From the NCBI GenBank assembly GCA_030637655.1, contig DAOWGI010000032.1, forward strand, positions 1 through 52,513: a stretch of DNA of 52,513 nucleotides, read 5' to 3'. Of this stretch, positions 9,618 through 19,653 are shown in pieces. Source of the stretch: a candidate division FCPU426 bacterium (GTDB lineage Bacteria; Oederibacteriota; JAAXVQ01; JAUVAV01). A model generated the notes under the pieces. That model searched no databases and was not told the origin of the DNA. It saw nothing but the letters and a program-made list of their open reading frames with translations. The translations under genes and the position numbers were made by a program. Positions within the stretch are counted from its first letter, which is position 1. Each line of letters opens with the position of its first letter.

Positions 9618-10777
9618 TCGATCGCCTCCTCTGCGGTTTTTCGCGCCCATCTATCCGCGCGCATAATCTCATTTAATCCGACTTTTTTGCTTCCCTGGTA
9701 TTGCTTTATCACCTTGGCAATCGTGCGGGGAATACCCAAAAAATCCAGTTTCTGATCAAGAAACGCCTGCACGGCAATTTCATTGGCTGCATTCATTACT
9801 GCCGGCGCAGCCCCACCGGCTTTACCTGCTTGATATGCTAAAGCCAGACAGGGAAACCGTTTTGAGTCCGGCGGTTGAAAGGTCAAATTCATTCCAGCCT
9901 GAAAATCCAAGGGATGGATAATGTGCCGAATCCGTTCCGGTTCTGTCAGGGCGGTCTGAATCGGCAAGCGCATGTCCGGATTCGACATTTGAGCCAAGCA
10001 GGAACCATCCACATACTCTACCAAGGAGTGCACAATACTCTGCGGATGCACGGTGACTTCAATTTGTTTATACGGCACCCCAAACAAATGATGTGCTTCG
10101 ATGATCTCCAAACCTTTGTTCATTAAGGTGGCGGAATCAATGGTTATCTTCTTTCCCATAGACCAGGTGGGATGTTGTAGCGCTTGTCGCGCGCTGACTT
10201 TGGCCAATTGTGCTTTTGTCAGTTTTACAAACGGGCCGCCCGAAGCGGTAAGTATCAGACGCCGCACCGGAATATTGCCATGCCCACGCAGACATTGAGC
10301 CAGGGCTGCGTGTTCTGAGTCCACAGGCAACAGTTTTACTTTGTGCCGGCGAACAGCAGCCATGACAATATCTCCGGCCATAACCAGGATTTCCTTGTTG
10401 GCCAAGGCAATATCGCGACCGGCTCTAATCGCGGCCAGGGTTGGCAGCAATCCAACACTGCCCACCATGGCTGTCAGAACCAAGTCCGCTTTGGGAGCAA
10501 CTGCCGCGCGCCGAATTCCTTCCAAGCCTGCCAGCACCTGAGGCCGCTTTTTTAATTTTTTTACCTGACTTTTAATCTGCCAGGCGGCCTGCTGATCCGA
10601 AAGCGCGACCAACGATGGTTTGAATTGAACAATTTGACGGTATATACGTTGCACGCTACGATTAGCAACCAAGGCTTCCACGCGAAAACGCGACGAATGG
10701 CGTGCTATGACATCCAAAGTAGAACGACCGATGGATCCGGTGGAACCTAACAGAACAATATGTTTTTTACGACTCAT
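9605..10777 (-). CDS. dxr: 1-deoxy-D-xylulose-5-phosphate reductoisomerase
   Basis: LGSTGSIG, LANKE, PVDSEH, LTASGGPF, HPTWSMGKKITIDSATLMNKGLE; start 10777 overlaps the cdsA stop (ATGA). Confidence 0.97.
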   Translation of the reverse strand: MSRKKHIVLLGSTGSIGRSTLDVIARHSSRFRVEALVANRSVQRIYRQIVQFKPSLVALSDQQAAWQIKSQVKKLKKRPQVLAGLEGIRRAAVAPKADLVLTAMVGSVGLLPTLAAIRAGRDIALANKEILVMAGDIVMAAVRRHKVKLLPVDSEHAALAQCLRGHGNIPVRRLILTASGGPFVKLTKAQLAKVSARQALQHPTWSMGKKITIDSATLMNKGLEIIEAHHLFGVPYKQIEVTVHPQSIVHSLVEYVDGSCLAQMSNPDMRLPIQTALTEPERIRHIIHPLDFQAGMNLTFQPPDSKRFPCLALAYQAGKAGGAAPAVMNAANEIAVQAFLDQKLDFLGIPRTIAKVIKQYQGSKKVGLNEIMRADRWARKTAEEAIECRS

Positions 10778-11616
10778 AAAGGCATCAACCACCAAGCAAT
10801 AGCAAAGAGTACTGGCGCTGTGAAACATAAATTATCAATCTTATCCAAAACGCCGCCATGTCCGGGAATAATATTGGATGCGTCTTTGATTCCAGACCAC
10901 CGCTTTACCATGGATTCCATCAAATCTCCAGTCTGTGATAAAAGCCCCAGGATAAAGCCTAAAGCCATAAACCCAGGTAACGAAAAGCCCATGGACTTGG
11001 GAAACCAGGTAAAATAAACTACGACTGCCACGATGACATTAATAAGCAGACCGCCGATCATGCCTTCCTGGGTTTTAGCCGGAGAAATGGTCGGTGCCAA
11101 TGCCCGGCAACCAAAATATTTCCCGCAAAACAAAGCGCCGGCGTCATAAATCCAATTGAAACCAAACAAAATCAGCCACCAATACGACCCTTGCGGCATT
11201 AAGCGCAGCAGAAAAAGAAAGGTTCCGATTCCGCCGAGGGCAAAGATCGTCAACAAACCGGCACTGATGGCAGGAAAGCTGGTCTTCTCTTTAAATCCCA
11301 ATAAGATCTCATGGGTTCCCAAGAGCAGCATGGCTAGAATGCCGGCCAACCAAAAAATCGCCAAGACATTGCTTGGCCATTCGCCGGACAGGTGTTTGGA
11401 AAAGGCAGCCGCCAGACACATGAATAAAACCAAGGGAAGAGTCACCCACCAACGAAAAGGAATCTTGCGGTGTTGAATCATTCTGCCTAACTCCACCACG
11501 GCAATCGTCAAGGCCAGGAATGCGAAACCAAATAAAGGCCAGGGATTGGTTAAAAAAATCAACCAGGTAAATAAAGGCAAAAAAATCAAGGCGACAACAA
11601 TTCTGGTTTTAAGCAC
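10774..11616 (-). CDS. cdsA: phosphatidate cytidylyltransferase
   Basis: Multi-TM; ISPAKTQEG, GDLMESMVKR..IKD...IPGHGGVLD; likely GTG start at 11616. Confidence 0.93.
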   Translation of the reverse strand: MLKTRIVVALIFLPLFTWLIFLTNPWPLFGFAFLALTIAVVELGRMIQHRKIPFRWWVTLPLVLFMCLAAAFSKHLSGEWPSNVLAIFWLAGILAMLLLGTHEILLGFKEKTSFPAISAGLLTIFALGGIGTFLFLLRLMPQGSYWWLILFGFNWIYDAGALFCGKYFGCRALAPTISPAKTQEGMIGGLLINVIVAVVVYFTWFPKSMGFSLPGFMALGFILGLLSQTGDLMESMVKRWSGIKDASNIIPGHGGVLDKIDNLCFTAPVLFAIAWWLMPL

Positions 11617-12343
11617 TTTTCGACTCCACTCCCCCAAAGCGCCGCTCACGTTTTTGAAATTCCGCGATGACCCCTGCCATTTCCGTCTCACGAAAATCCG
11701 GCCACAATACCGGACTCACCACAATTTCAGCGTAAGCCAATTGCCACAGAAGAAAATTTGAAATACGCATTTCTCCGGAAGTTCGAATCAACAGATCCGG
11801 ATCCGGAATATCAGCGGTATATAAAAACCCGGCAAAACTCTCTTCTGACAGTGGCGGCCGGGAAGGTTGTTGGCAGAAACGCTCTATAGCATCCAAAATT
11901 TCCCGTCGTCCACCATAGTTAAAGGCTAAATTTAATTGCAAACCCCGATTATTTTGCGTCATAGCAATAGCCTGATCAATACTTTTTAATACTTTTTCCG
12001 GAACACGTTCGCGAGTTCCCAGCATGCGTATCCTGACTCCCTGCCGGTGCAGCTCTGCCAATTCTTTTTTTAAATATTCAATCAATAGATTCATAAGGAA
12101 TTGTATTTCCGGACCAGGACGTTTCCAGTTTTCCGTTGAAAACGCGTATAAAGTAAGGTAGGAAATACCCAGTTCACCGCATTGGTTAATTATACTGCGA
12201 ACCGAATTCATCCCTTCACGGTGTCCTTCCACGCGCGGCAACCCACGTTTTTGCGCCCAGCGTCCATTTCCATCCATAATCACAGCCACATGAACAGGCA
12301 TTTGATCTCTATCCAATTTAGATTTTCGCGCAGTATCTGACAT
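11609..12343 (-). CDS. uppS: undecaprenyl diphosphate synthase
   Basis: IMDGNGRWA, YAFSTENWKR, NYGGR, PDLLIRTSGEMRISNFLLWQ. Confidence 0.97.
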   Translation of the reverse strand: MSDTARKSKLDRDQMPVHVAVIMDGNGRWAQKRGLPRVEGHREGMNSVRSIINQCGELGISYLTLYAFSTENWKRPGPEIQFLMNLLIEYLKKELAELHRQGVRIRMLGTRERVPEKVLKSIDQAIAMTQNNRGLQLNLAFNYGGRREILDAIERFCQQPSRPPLSEESFAGFLYTADIPDPDLLIRTSGEMRISNFLLWQLAYAEIVVSPVLWPDFRETEMAGVIAEFQKRERRFGGVESKSA

Positions 12344-12353
12344 GTATTCACCT

Positions 12354-12391
12354 AAAAAAAAGCCCCCACTTCAGCGCTGGGGGGCTTTTTT
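12354..12391 (-). terminator. rho-independent terminator after frr (likely bidirectional)
   Basis: AAAAAGCCCCC-loop-GGGGGCTTTTT with an A-run giving a U-tail on the minus strand. Confidence 0.75.
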
Positions 12392-12422
12392 AATATTTCC
12401 GCTTTCAGACCAAACAGCAATT

Positions 12423-12992
12423 TTACACTTCCATCAATTCATGTTCTTTGGTCTTGGTTATATGATCCGCTTTTTCAATATACTCATCAGTTAATTTCTG
12501 CGTTTTACCTTCCGCCGCCTTTTCCTCATCTTCGCCAAGCGCTTTCTCTTTTTTTAATATTTTCAAGGCTTCCATGGCTTTACGGCGATGATTGCGAATC
12601 TCAATCTTCATATCTTCCGCCATCTTATGCACTTGTTTTACTAATTCTTTTCTGCGTTCTTCGGTTAACGGCGGAAAAGATAAACGAATGACTTTACCGT
12701 CGTTCATGGGTGTGATGCCCAAATTAGCTTTGAGAATCGCTTTCTCAATATCTGCTAAAATATTAGCATCCCAGGGTTTGATTTCCAAAGTTCTGGCATC
12801 CGGCGTACCCACAGAAGCCACTTGATTAATTGGCATCGGACTACCGTAATATTCCACACATACCGCGTCTAAAACGGCGGCTGAGGCACGGCCGGTGCGC
12901 ACAGTGGAATACTCGCGTTTCAGCGCCTCAATAGCACGATTCATGCGGCTAACAGCTTCTTGTTGGATTTCCTGGGTTGTACCGGCTGACAT
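12423..12992 (-). CDS. frr: ribosome recycling factor
   Basis: VRTGRAS, PMNDGKVIR, PPLTEERRKEL; follows pyrH. Confidence 0.97.
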   Translation of the reverse strand: MSAGTTQEIQQEAVSRMNRAIEALKREYSTVRTGRASAAVLDAVCVEYYGSPMPINQVASVGTPDARTLEIKPWDANILADIEKAILKANLGITPMNDGKVIRLSFPPLTEERRKELVKQVHKMAEDMKIEIRNHRRKAMEALKILKKEKALGEDEEKAAEGKTQKLTDEYIEKADHITKTKEHELMEV

Positions 12993-13007
12993 GGAGCACC
13001 TCCTGGT

Positions 13008-13733
13008 TTAATGAACCAGCGTTCCTATTTTTTGTCCAAATACAGCTTTTTGAATATTTCCCGTCTTGTTCAAATCAAAAACAACCAAAGGCAATTTATT
13101 TTCCATACACAAGGTAATGGCAGTCACATCCATAACCTTTAATTGTCTCCGAATGACTTCCATGTACTTTAACTCTTTGAAAAACTTGACGTTTTTTACC
13201 TTGCGCGGATCAGCCGAATAGACACCACCCACATTGGTGGCTTTGAAAATAACGTCCGCCCCTATCTCAATCGCGCGTAATGTCGCGGCTGTATCTGTCG
13301 AAAAATAAGGACTGCCGGTCCCGGCCGCAAAAATAACCACACGTCCTTTTTCCAAATGGCGAATAGCCCGTCTCCGAATAAAGGGCTCTGCAATTTTTTG
13401 CATTTCTATTGCCGTTTGCACCCGGGTCGGCACTCCCACAGTTTCCAAACGTTCCTGCACTGCCAATGAATTGATAACCGTTGCCAACATACCCATATGA
13501 TCTGCCGCCACCCGGTCCATACCCAGAGCTTCCGCGGTCGCACCGCGGCATATATTCCCGCCACCGATCACCAGCGCAACCTGAACTTTTTGTTTGTTCA
13601 GTATTTTAATCTGTTCAGCGACCCACTGGATTTTTTTATGATCAATACCAAATTTGGCATTGCCGGCCAGTGCTTCCCCGGATAGTTTTAGCAAAATACG
13701 CCGGTATTTTAAACGCTTAGGCGTCTGCGGCAC
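13008..13733 (-). CDS. pyrH: UMP kinase
   Basis: [35 protein letters not shown]. Confidence 0.97.
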   Translation of the reverse strand: MPQTPKRLKYRRILLKLSGEALAGNAKFGIDHKKIQWVAEQIKILNKQKVQVALVIGGGNICRGATAEALGMDRVAADHMGMLATVINSLAVQERLETVGVPTRVQTAIEMQKIAEPFIRRRAIRHLEKGRVVIFAAGTGSPYFSTDTAATLRAIEIGADVIFKATNVGGVYSADPRKVKNVKFFKELKYMEVIRRQLKVMDVTAITLCMENKLPLVVFDLNKTGNIQKAVFGQKIGTLVH

Positions 13734-13741
13734 GTTGCGAA

Positions 13742-14338
13742 TTACTCCTCTCCTACTTTAAATCGGGCAAAACGACGTACTTGAATATTTTCTCCAACTT
13801 TACCTACTGTCTCCGCAACCAATTGACTCACTTTTTTCTCAGGATCTTTGATGTGCGGTTGCTCCAACAGGCAGGTTTCAGCATAAAATTTTTCCAATTT
13901 TCCGGCGATAATCTTCTCCATAATATCCGCCGGTTTCTTGGAATCCGCCAGCTGTGCTTTATAGATGTCTCTTTCCTTCTGAATCACATCATCCGGCACA
14001 TCTTCACGTTTCACATAAGATGGTCCGGCTGCCGCAATATGCATGGCAAGGTCTTTAGCCAGAGCTTGAAACTCATCGGTTTTGGCCACAAAATCAGTTT
14101 CTACGTTAACTTCCACCATCACGCCCAATTTTCCACCAGCATGAATATAAGAAGCAATGGTACCATCTGCCGCCACACGCCCAGAACGTTTGGCCGCGGA
14201 TGCTAAGCCTTTTTCACGTAAATACGTAATGGCTTTCTCCATATCTCCATCAGACTCTTTGAGTGCTGTTTTGCATTCCATCATTCCGACACCGGTTTTA
14301 TCCCGCAATTCTTTCACTACAGTTGCTGAAATAGTCAT
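13742..14338 (-). CDS. tsf: elongation factor Ts (short form)
   Basis: [34 protein letters not shown] upstream. Confidence 0.97.
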   Translation of the reverse strand: MTISATVVKELRDKTGVGMMECKTALKESDGDMEKAITYLREKGLASAAKRSGRVAADGTIASYIHAGGKLGVMVEVNVETDFVAKTDEFQALAKDLAMHIAAAGPSYVKREDVPDDVIQKERDIYKAQLADSKKPADIMEKIIAGKLEKFYAETCLLEQPHIKDPEKKVSQLVAETVGKVGENIQVRRFARFKVGEE

Positions 14339-14395
14339 GCCCAATCTCCTCCTAAATAAATACCAGGTATATTTTTTTACGCTTACTCGTAGGAT

Positions 14396-15256
14396 CTATT
14401 TTTCCGCTTTTACTTCTTCAACCGGAGCAGTGGTGGCTTCCGGCACTTCCGGAGTTTCATCTGCTGCTAATTTAATATCCCCTTCAGGCGTTTCCACTGT
14501 TGCCTCGCCGCCCTCGGTATCAGCTGCTTCTTGCTCCGCGGCTTCTTTTTGCCGGCGTTCCATTTCCAGACGATGCACTTCAGCTCCTTCGAGAGCTGAT
14601 TCAGCCATAATGCTGGAAATCAAACGCACTGCGCGGATAGCATCATCATTTCCAGGAATAATATAATCCACTTCATCCGGATCACAATTAGTATCCACAA
14701 TACCGACAATGGGAATACCCAATTTACGTCCTTCCGCAATGGCATTGTGTTCCTTTTTAGTATCCACCACAAAAATCGCGCCTGGCAATTCATCCATATC
14801 CTTAATGCCACCTAAAGAGCGCTCCATTTTCTCTAATTCTTTTGAAGCTTGCAAGCGTTCTTTTTTGGGCAGCGAATCCATGGAACCGTCTGCCAACATT
14901 CGCTCCAATTCTTTCATACGCTTGATGGTCTTTTTAATGGTCTGGAAATTGGTCAAAGTTCCTCCCAACCACCGTTGATTCACAAAAAACATATTACAGC
15001 GTTTGGCTTCATCCATAACCGAATCCTTGGCCTGTTTTTTTGTGCCGACAAAAACAATTTTTTCCCCACTGGCAGCTTTTTCTTTGACAAAACGACTTGC
15101 TTCTTTTAATTTTTTTACTGTTTTCTGGAGATCAATAATATAGATCCCGTTTCTTTCTCCGTAGATGTAACGTGCCATTTTCGGATTCCAGCGCCGAGTC
15201 TGATGTCCAAAATGAACACCAGCCTCCAGGAGTTGTTTCATTGAGATGTTAACCAT
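14396..15256 (-). CDS. rpsB: 30S ribosomal protein S2
   Basis: [43 protein letters not shown]. Confidence 0.98.
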   Translation of the reverse strand: MVNISMKQLLEAGVHFGHQTRRWNPKMARYIYGERNGIYIIDLQKTVKKLKEASRFVKEKAASGEKIVFVGTKKQAKDSVMDEAKRCNMFFVNQRWLGGTLTNFQTIKKTIKRMKELERMLADGSMDSLPKKERLQASKELEKMERSLGGIKDMDELPGAIFVVDTKKEHNAIAEGRKLGIPIVGIVDTNCDPDEVDYIIPGNDDAIRAVRLISSIMAESALEGAEVHRLEMERRQKEAAEQEAADTEGGEATVETPEGDIKLAADETPEVPEATTAPVEEVKAEK

Positions 15257-15274
15257 ATACTTCCTCCATATAAT

Positions 15275-15368
15275 TAGTTTTTTCCGCCGCTGTTATCAAC
15301 CTGACTTGGAACCGATCCGGTCTCAGACCAAAATCAGCAACTCCCAAGACAGTCCAACAGCGTGAGAA
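15275..15368 (-). promoter_or_regulatory. probable S2-responsive rpsB leader structure
   Basis: On the minus strand CGCTGTT...AACAGCG closes a stem followed by GCGGAAAAAAC, in the rpsB 5' UTR where S2 leaders occur. Confidence 0.5.
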
Positions 15369-15380
15369 TTTGAACGTAGG

Positions 15381-15409
15381 ATGTTATCATAAAGGGATTT
15401 TTATCGCAA
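15381..15409 (-). promoter_or_regulatory. sigma70-type promoter of the rpsB-tsf operon
   Basis: TTGCGA-17 bp-TAACAT with TG extended -10. Confidence 0.6.
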
Positions 15410-15522
15410 GGGTATAATACGCGACATATTTTGGGGGACGGTGAAATGCAGCAGTTGAAATTATACACACCAAACCTCTATGAAATTTGATCTGGAAATT
15501 TGCATATCAATTATTTGTTTTT

Positions 15523-16575
15523 TTATGGTATCAAACCGGTTCGGGGTAATCCCAGCCCCTCATCCAGACCCAGCATCAGGTTCATATTCTGGATGGCCTG
15601 ACCGGAAGCGCCCTTGATCAGGTTATCAATGGCGCCGGCCATAACCGCCAGGCCGGTCCGGGAGTCAACACTCGCTTTGACTACACAGAGATTGCCGGCC
15701 ACCACACTGGCGAGATCCGGCCAAGGTTCCGTCTGTCCCAAAACCCGTACAAAATCTTCATTTTCATAGGTTTTCCGGAACACAGCCGAGACCTCTTCCG
15801 AGGTCAGAGGCTTGTGCAATTTCCCATAGGCAGTCACCAAAATGCCCCGCCGGGCAGGAATCATTTGCGGCGAAAAGGTAATTAGCACATCCTGTCCGGT
15901 TGCCTGCGAAAGCGCCATTTCCATTTCCGGCGTATGCTGGTGTGTTCCAGCCATTTTGTAGGGAATAATATTCTCAGATATCCGGTTAAACTGAGTTTCC
16001 GGTTTGGCTTTTCGACCCGCACCGCTGATCCCGGACTTGGCATCCACAATTATGTTATTGGTTTCTATGGCACCGGCTCTCACCATCGGATACACTGCCA
16101 GCACCGCGGCTGTGACATAGCAGCCGGGATTGGATACAAAAGATGCGGCTTTTATCTGATCCCGAAATAATTCCGGCATTCCATATACTGCGTTGGCAGC
16201 CCACTCTTTGGCTGTGTGTTTGTGCTGATACCAGGTCTCATACTGCGTTGTATCATGAAAACGAAAATCACCGGACAGATCAATCACCTTTACTCCGGAT
16301 TTTACTACTTTTGGCGCTACTTTCATGGCTTCACCATGAGGCAAACCTAAAAACACCAGATCCACGCTCTTGGGTGATAAATCCGCTTGGGTCAACGGAC
16401 ACAACACTAATTCACCGTTTGGGCCTAAAGCCGGATATATTTCCGATAATTTTTTATTGGCAAAGGTCTCCGAAGTTGCCACTGTCACACGAACCTCCGG
16501 ATGTTGGGCTAACAAACGAACCAATTCCGCACCCGTATACCCGCTGGCACCGACAATACCGACTTTTATCATCAT
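15523..16575 (-). CDS. argC: N-acetyl-gamma-glutamyl-phosphate reductase
   Basis: GASGYTG, IDLSGDFR, NPGCY, SGISGAGR, IDNLIKGASGQAIQN. Confidence 0.96.
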   Translation of the reverse strand: MMIKVGIVGASGYTGAELVRLLAQHPEVRVTVATSETFANKKLSEIYPALGPNGELVLCPLTQADLSPKSVDLVFLGLPHGEAMKVAPKVVKSGVKVIDLSGDFRFHDTTQYETWYQHKHTAKEWAANAVYGMPELFRDQIKAASFVSNPGCYVTAAVLAVYPMVRAGAIETNNIIVDAKSGISGAGRKAKPETQFNRISENIIPYKMAGTHQHTPEMEMALSQATGQDVLITFSPQMIPARRGILVTAYGKLHKPLTSEEVSAVFRKTYENEDFVRVLGQTEPWPDLASVVAGNLCVVKASVDSRTGLAVMAGAIDNLIKGASGQAIQNMNLMLGLDEGLGLPRTGLIP

Positions 16576-16602
16576 ACTCACCTTATCTTTTGAAACATTT
16601 TT

Positions 16603-16630
16603 GTAGGGGCGACCAGCCGGTCGCCCCTAC
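16603..16630. repeat. GTAG-type REP palindrome
   Basis: GTAGGGGCGACC-AGCC-GGTCGCCCCTAC. Confidence 0.8.
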
Positions 16631-16633
16631 TTT

Positions 16634-16772
16634 GTAATATGTCAGTGAACTGCGCAGTTAAACAAAGATTGTCATTCCCGAGGGTTTAATCGGGAATCTG
16701 GTTTTTTAAACCGTATCCCCGATACAAGCATTCGGGGATGACAAACAAAAAAAACCATGACTGATCTGTTAC
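16634..16772. mobile_element. 139-bp MITE (GTAA-N4-TCAG ends) with 8-bp target duplication and internal ATTCCC-N-GGGAAT hairpins
   Basis: Ends GTAATATGTCAGT / ACTGATCTGTTAC; CCTACTTT at 16626-16633 and 16773-16780; internal GTCATTCCCG..CGGGAATC...TCCCCGA..TCGGGGATGAC (16671-16742). Confidence 0.75.
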
Positions 16773-16778
16773 CCTACT

Positions 16779-17879
16779 TTAGCTTTTGGCCTTGGCATGT
16801 CGAACCTTAAATTTCTTTTTCAAGGTTTCCAACCAGGCTTTATACCGCTTATCCGAACTCTCTGCCATCATTTCTTTTCGAATGCGTCCGCGCACTTCCT
16901 CAAAAGGCAACTGACCGCCAGGTTGTTTATCCAACAATTGGATGATAAAAAAACCACGCACCGTTTCTACCACCTCGGAATATTTCCCTACGGCCAAGGT
17001 CTTGAACGCAACCTTCTCGAATTCCGGCATACCAATATTGCCTTCCTCGACCCATCCGATATCGCCGCCTTTTTCGGCTGTTATTTTGTGCTCGGAATAC
17101 TGACGCGCGACCTCAGTAAAGGGTGTGCCGGCCTGCAAGGCATTCCGGGCTTGCCGGATTTTAGTCCGCGCGGCCTGGTATTTTTGTTTGAAAACGTTTC
17201 CCGGCAGATTCACATCAGGCCGAGCCACAAAAATCTGGCTCAGATGCGCCCGGGAGGGCTGTGTGAATTTTTCCACAGCTTGCTTATAATATTCCTGCAA
17301 TTGCGTATCTGTTACTTCAACGCCGGTCTTAAATTCCTGGATCTTGGTTTGTAACAATCGTTGCCGCAATAAATTCTCATGCACCATCTGTTTACGTTCT
17401 TTACGAAAGTCCGTCTCGTTCAAGTGTTCTTTGGCAAGTTCAGCCTTAAACGCCTGGCGCGAAGGGAATTGCGAACGCATATTTTCAATCTCTTTATCCA
17501 CCTGTTCATCCACAATGGTATCGCTCAAGTCATATTCCTGTTCACGTGCTTCGAGCAGCAATAATTTCCCTTCAATCATGCGTTCAATATGCAGCTCGCG
17601 GGTTTCTTTCAGCTTGGCTTCCAATTCCGGGCCGCGGTGTTTCAAACTTAAATGCTCCCGATACTGTCTCATTGGCGCGGTAATGTCTTTTGTTGTTATA
17701 ATTTCATTGGCTATCCAGATTTCGATGCGGTCGATCTCTACCGCGGGACCGGAGGCAACCACTTGATTTGCCTCTTGGATGACTTCTGTGGCCGGGATGA
17801 CTTTATCCGTTGCGGACACCTGCGTGACCGAACCGAACAGCAATCCCGGAATGATGATATAACAAATTGTATTTTTCAT
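16779..17879 (-). CDS. SurA-like parvulin peptidyl-prolyl isomerase
   Basis: Signal peptide, SurA N-domain, FTEVARQYSE..KGGDIGWV..PEFEKVAF..GFFII. Confidence 0.85.
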   Translation of the reverse strand: MKNTICYIIIPGLLFGSVTQVSATDKVIPATEVIQEANQVVASGPAVEIDRIEIWIANEIITTKDITAPMRQYREHLSLKHRGPELEAKLKETRELHIERMIEGKLLLLEAREQEYDLSDTIVDEQVDKEIENMRSQFPSRQAFKAELAKEHLNETDFRKERKQMVHENLLRQRLLQTKIQEFKTGVEVTDTQLQEYYKQAVEKFTQPSRAHLSQIFVARPDVNLPGNVFKQKYQAARTKIRQARNALQAGTPFTEVARQYSEHKITAEKGGDIGWVEEGNIGMPEFEKVAFKTLAVGKYSEVVETVRGFFIIQLLDKQPGGQLPFEEVRGRIRKEMMAESSDKRYKAWLETLKKKFKVRHAKAKS

Positions 17880-17881
17880 GC

Positions 17882-18826
17882 TTACTTCACTCCTCGACGA
17901 TTATTTATTTGGATATTGGCCTGCGTCCGCAAATTTTCCAACCACACGCGAAAGGCCTGGTCTGTTTTCTGCAATCGCAGGTCTTCTTCAATCTTTTTTT
18001 TAGCTTCAGCTAAGGGGATTTTCCCTCCCCGCTCACGCTTTTCCACCAAGAAGATATGATACCCATATTGGGTTGCCACCGGATCACTCGGTGTATTGGA
18101 TCGCATTTGAAACAGTACTTTAGTAAATGCCTGGGGCAGGTCACTTTTTCCCACCCAACCCAGATCCCCGCCTTGATCTTTTTCAGGTCCGCGCGAGTAT
18201 TGTTTGGCCAATTCCTGGAATTCCATCCCTTCAGCCAGTTTCTTTTTCAAGGTATCAGCCTGAGCTTTAGTCTCAACTACAATTTGCCGGGCGCGTAAAC
18301 GATCTTGCCGATAAAACTGAAGCAAGTGTGTCCAATAATATTCCTCCACTTCATCAGCCCCTACCTGCACGTGCGCTTCAACCGCTTTTTTTATAGTTTG
18401 CTCCACCAATAAACGTTTACTAACGAGATCCCGCCATTCTTTCCACGATAGTTGCTGCTTTTTTAATATCTGCTCGATTTCTTCCTCAGCATATCCTTCC
18501 CAAAACCGTTTCAAATATTTTTCTATTTTACTGTCCGGAATGATAATCTGCAAACGAGCTGCTTCCTCAACAATCAAATAATCGTTAATCATCCGGTCCA
18601 ACACATCTTCCCGCGTGATGTCGGAAAAAGCTATGTTCTCATTGACTTGCAGAAACTGCATTTCACGTTTGAGATCAACATCCAAAATCTCATTGCCATT
18701 CGCCGTAACCAACACGCGGGGCTGGTAAAAATGCCTGGTCAAATACTTTGAGAAAAATCCTGATAAAAACAAACCTATGCCCAGAACCACTACGCCTATG
18801 ATCAAAAGTATTCTTTTCATGGTCAA
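17882..18826 (-). CDS. SurA/PrsA-like parvulin peptidyl-prolyl isomerase
   Basis: N-terminal TM, FQELAKQYS..GGDLGWV..TQYGYHIF. Confidence 0.85.
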   Translation of the reverse strand: MTMKRILLIIGVVVLGIGLFLSGFFSKYLTRHFYQPRVLVTANGNEILDVDLKREMQFLQVNENIAFSDITREDVLDRMINDYLIVEEAARLQIIIPDSKIEKYLKRFWEGYAEEEIEQILKKQQLSWKEWRDLVSKRLLVEQTIKKAVEAHVQVGADEVEEYYWTHLLQFYRQDRLRARQIVVETKAQADTLKKKLAEGMEFQELAKQYSRGPEKDQGGDLGWVGKSDLPQAFTKVLFQMRSNTPSDPVATQYGYHIFLVEKRERGGKIPLAEAKKKIEEDLRLQKTDQAFRVWLENLRTQANIQINNRRGVK

Positions 18827-18859
18827 AAACCTTTGGTTAGAAGGGATGAGTGCTGCAAA

Positions 18860-19546
18860 CTATTGCGTGGCATCCTCGATAATAACATCTTTATTCTCAT
18901 CACCGTATATTTCACGGAATAAGGTCTCCTTAATTTCAACTGAACTCTGTTTTTCCAATTGCTTAATCAACTTTTCTTCCACCAGTATGGCCTTGATCTG
19001 TTTGGCCACTGTTTTTTGCTTTGGCACCTTGGCTGCCGGATTTAAAATTTTCAGTTTACGGGCATAATCCGCGTAATACTCGGCAATATCCGCTTGGCTG
19101 ATATTCACACCTGCCAAACCTTCTTTTTTTAAATGTGTGTTCAATTCATTCAGCATTATATTTTCATACACTTGCTGCTCTATAAAGTCCCGCTGATCCC
19201 GCAAGCCCGCGATCTGTTTATCCATTTCTTTGCGCGTCTTGCTCTTGACTTCACTGATTTTCTTTTTTAACGTACTGTCTTTATGATATTCCCGGCGTTG
19301 TGCTTCAATCACTAAAAGCTCTTTTTTAATTAAATTATCGAGTATTTTGTGTTTGCCTTTATAAGACTCCGCCAAAATTTTATAGTTCTCAGGAAGATTC
19401 CGTAATGCTCTTTCAAAATCATTGGTGGTTAGCCTGCGTTCACCCACAATGGCCAGTACTTTTTCTCCTTTTTTTCCACAACCCACAGTCCCTGTCATAG
19501 AAATAATCAGACTTATTAATACTGCGATATAGATAAAACACTTCAT
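18860..19546 (-). CDS. lipoprotein with SurA/PrsA N-terminal-like chaperone domain, no recognisable PPIase core
   Basis: VGC lipobox-like; VLAIVGERRLT..F, LDNLIKKELL..EA; first of three foldase genes after mfd. Confidence 0.6.
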   Translation of the reverse strand: MKCFIYIAVLISLIISMTGTVGCGKKGEKVLAIVGERRLTTNDFERALRNLPENYKILAESYKGKHKILDNLIKKELLVIEAQRREYHKDSTLKKKISEVKSKTRKEMDKQIAGLRDQRDFIEQQVYENIMLNELNTHLKKEGLAGVNISQADIAEYYADYARKLKILNPAAKVPKQKTVAKQIKAILVEEKLIKQLEKQSSVEIKETLFREIYGDENKDVIIEDATQ

Positions 19547-19653
19547 TGGCTTCTCCTGGCGAGTCTCTGATAATAAAAAATAGGTTTTGCAGTTAATTTA
19601 TCCCCGTAAATAAAAATTGCAAAAAAAGGAGAAAAAATAGCTATATGTTTATA

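Noticed and set aside
15523-16575. Isolated argC as a novelty
   Set aside because: Dispersed arg genes near ribosomal protein genes are common.
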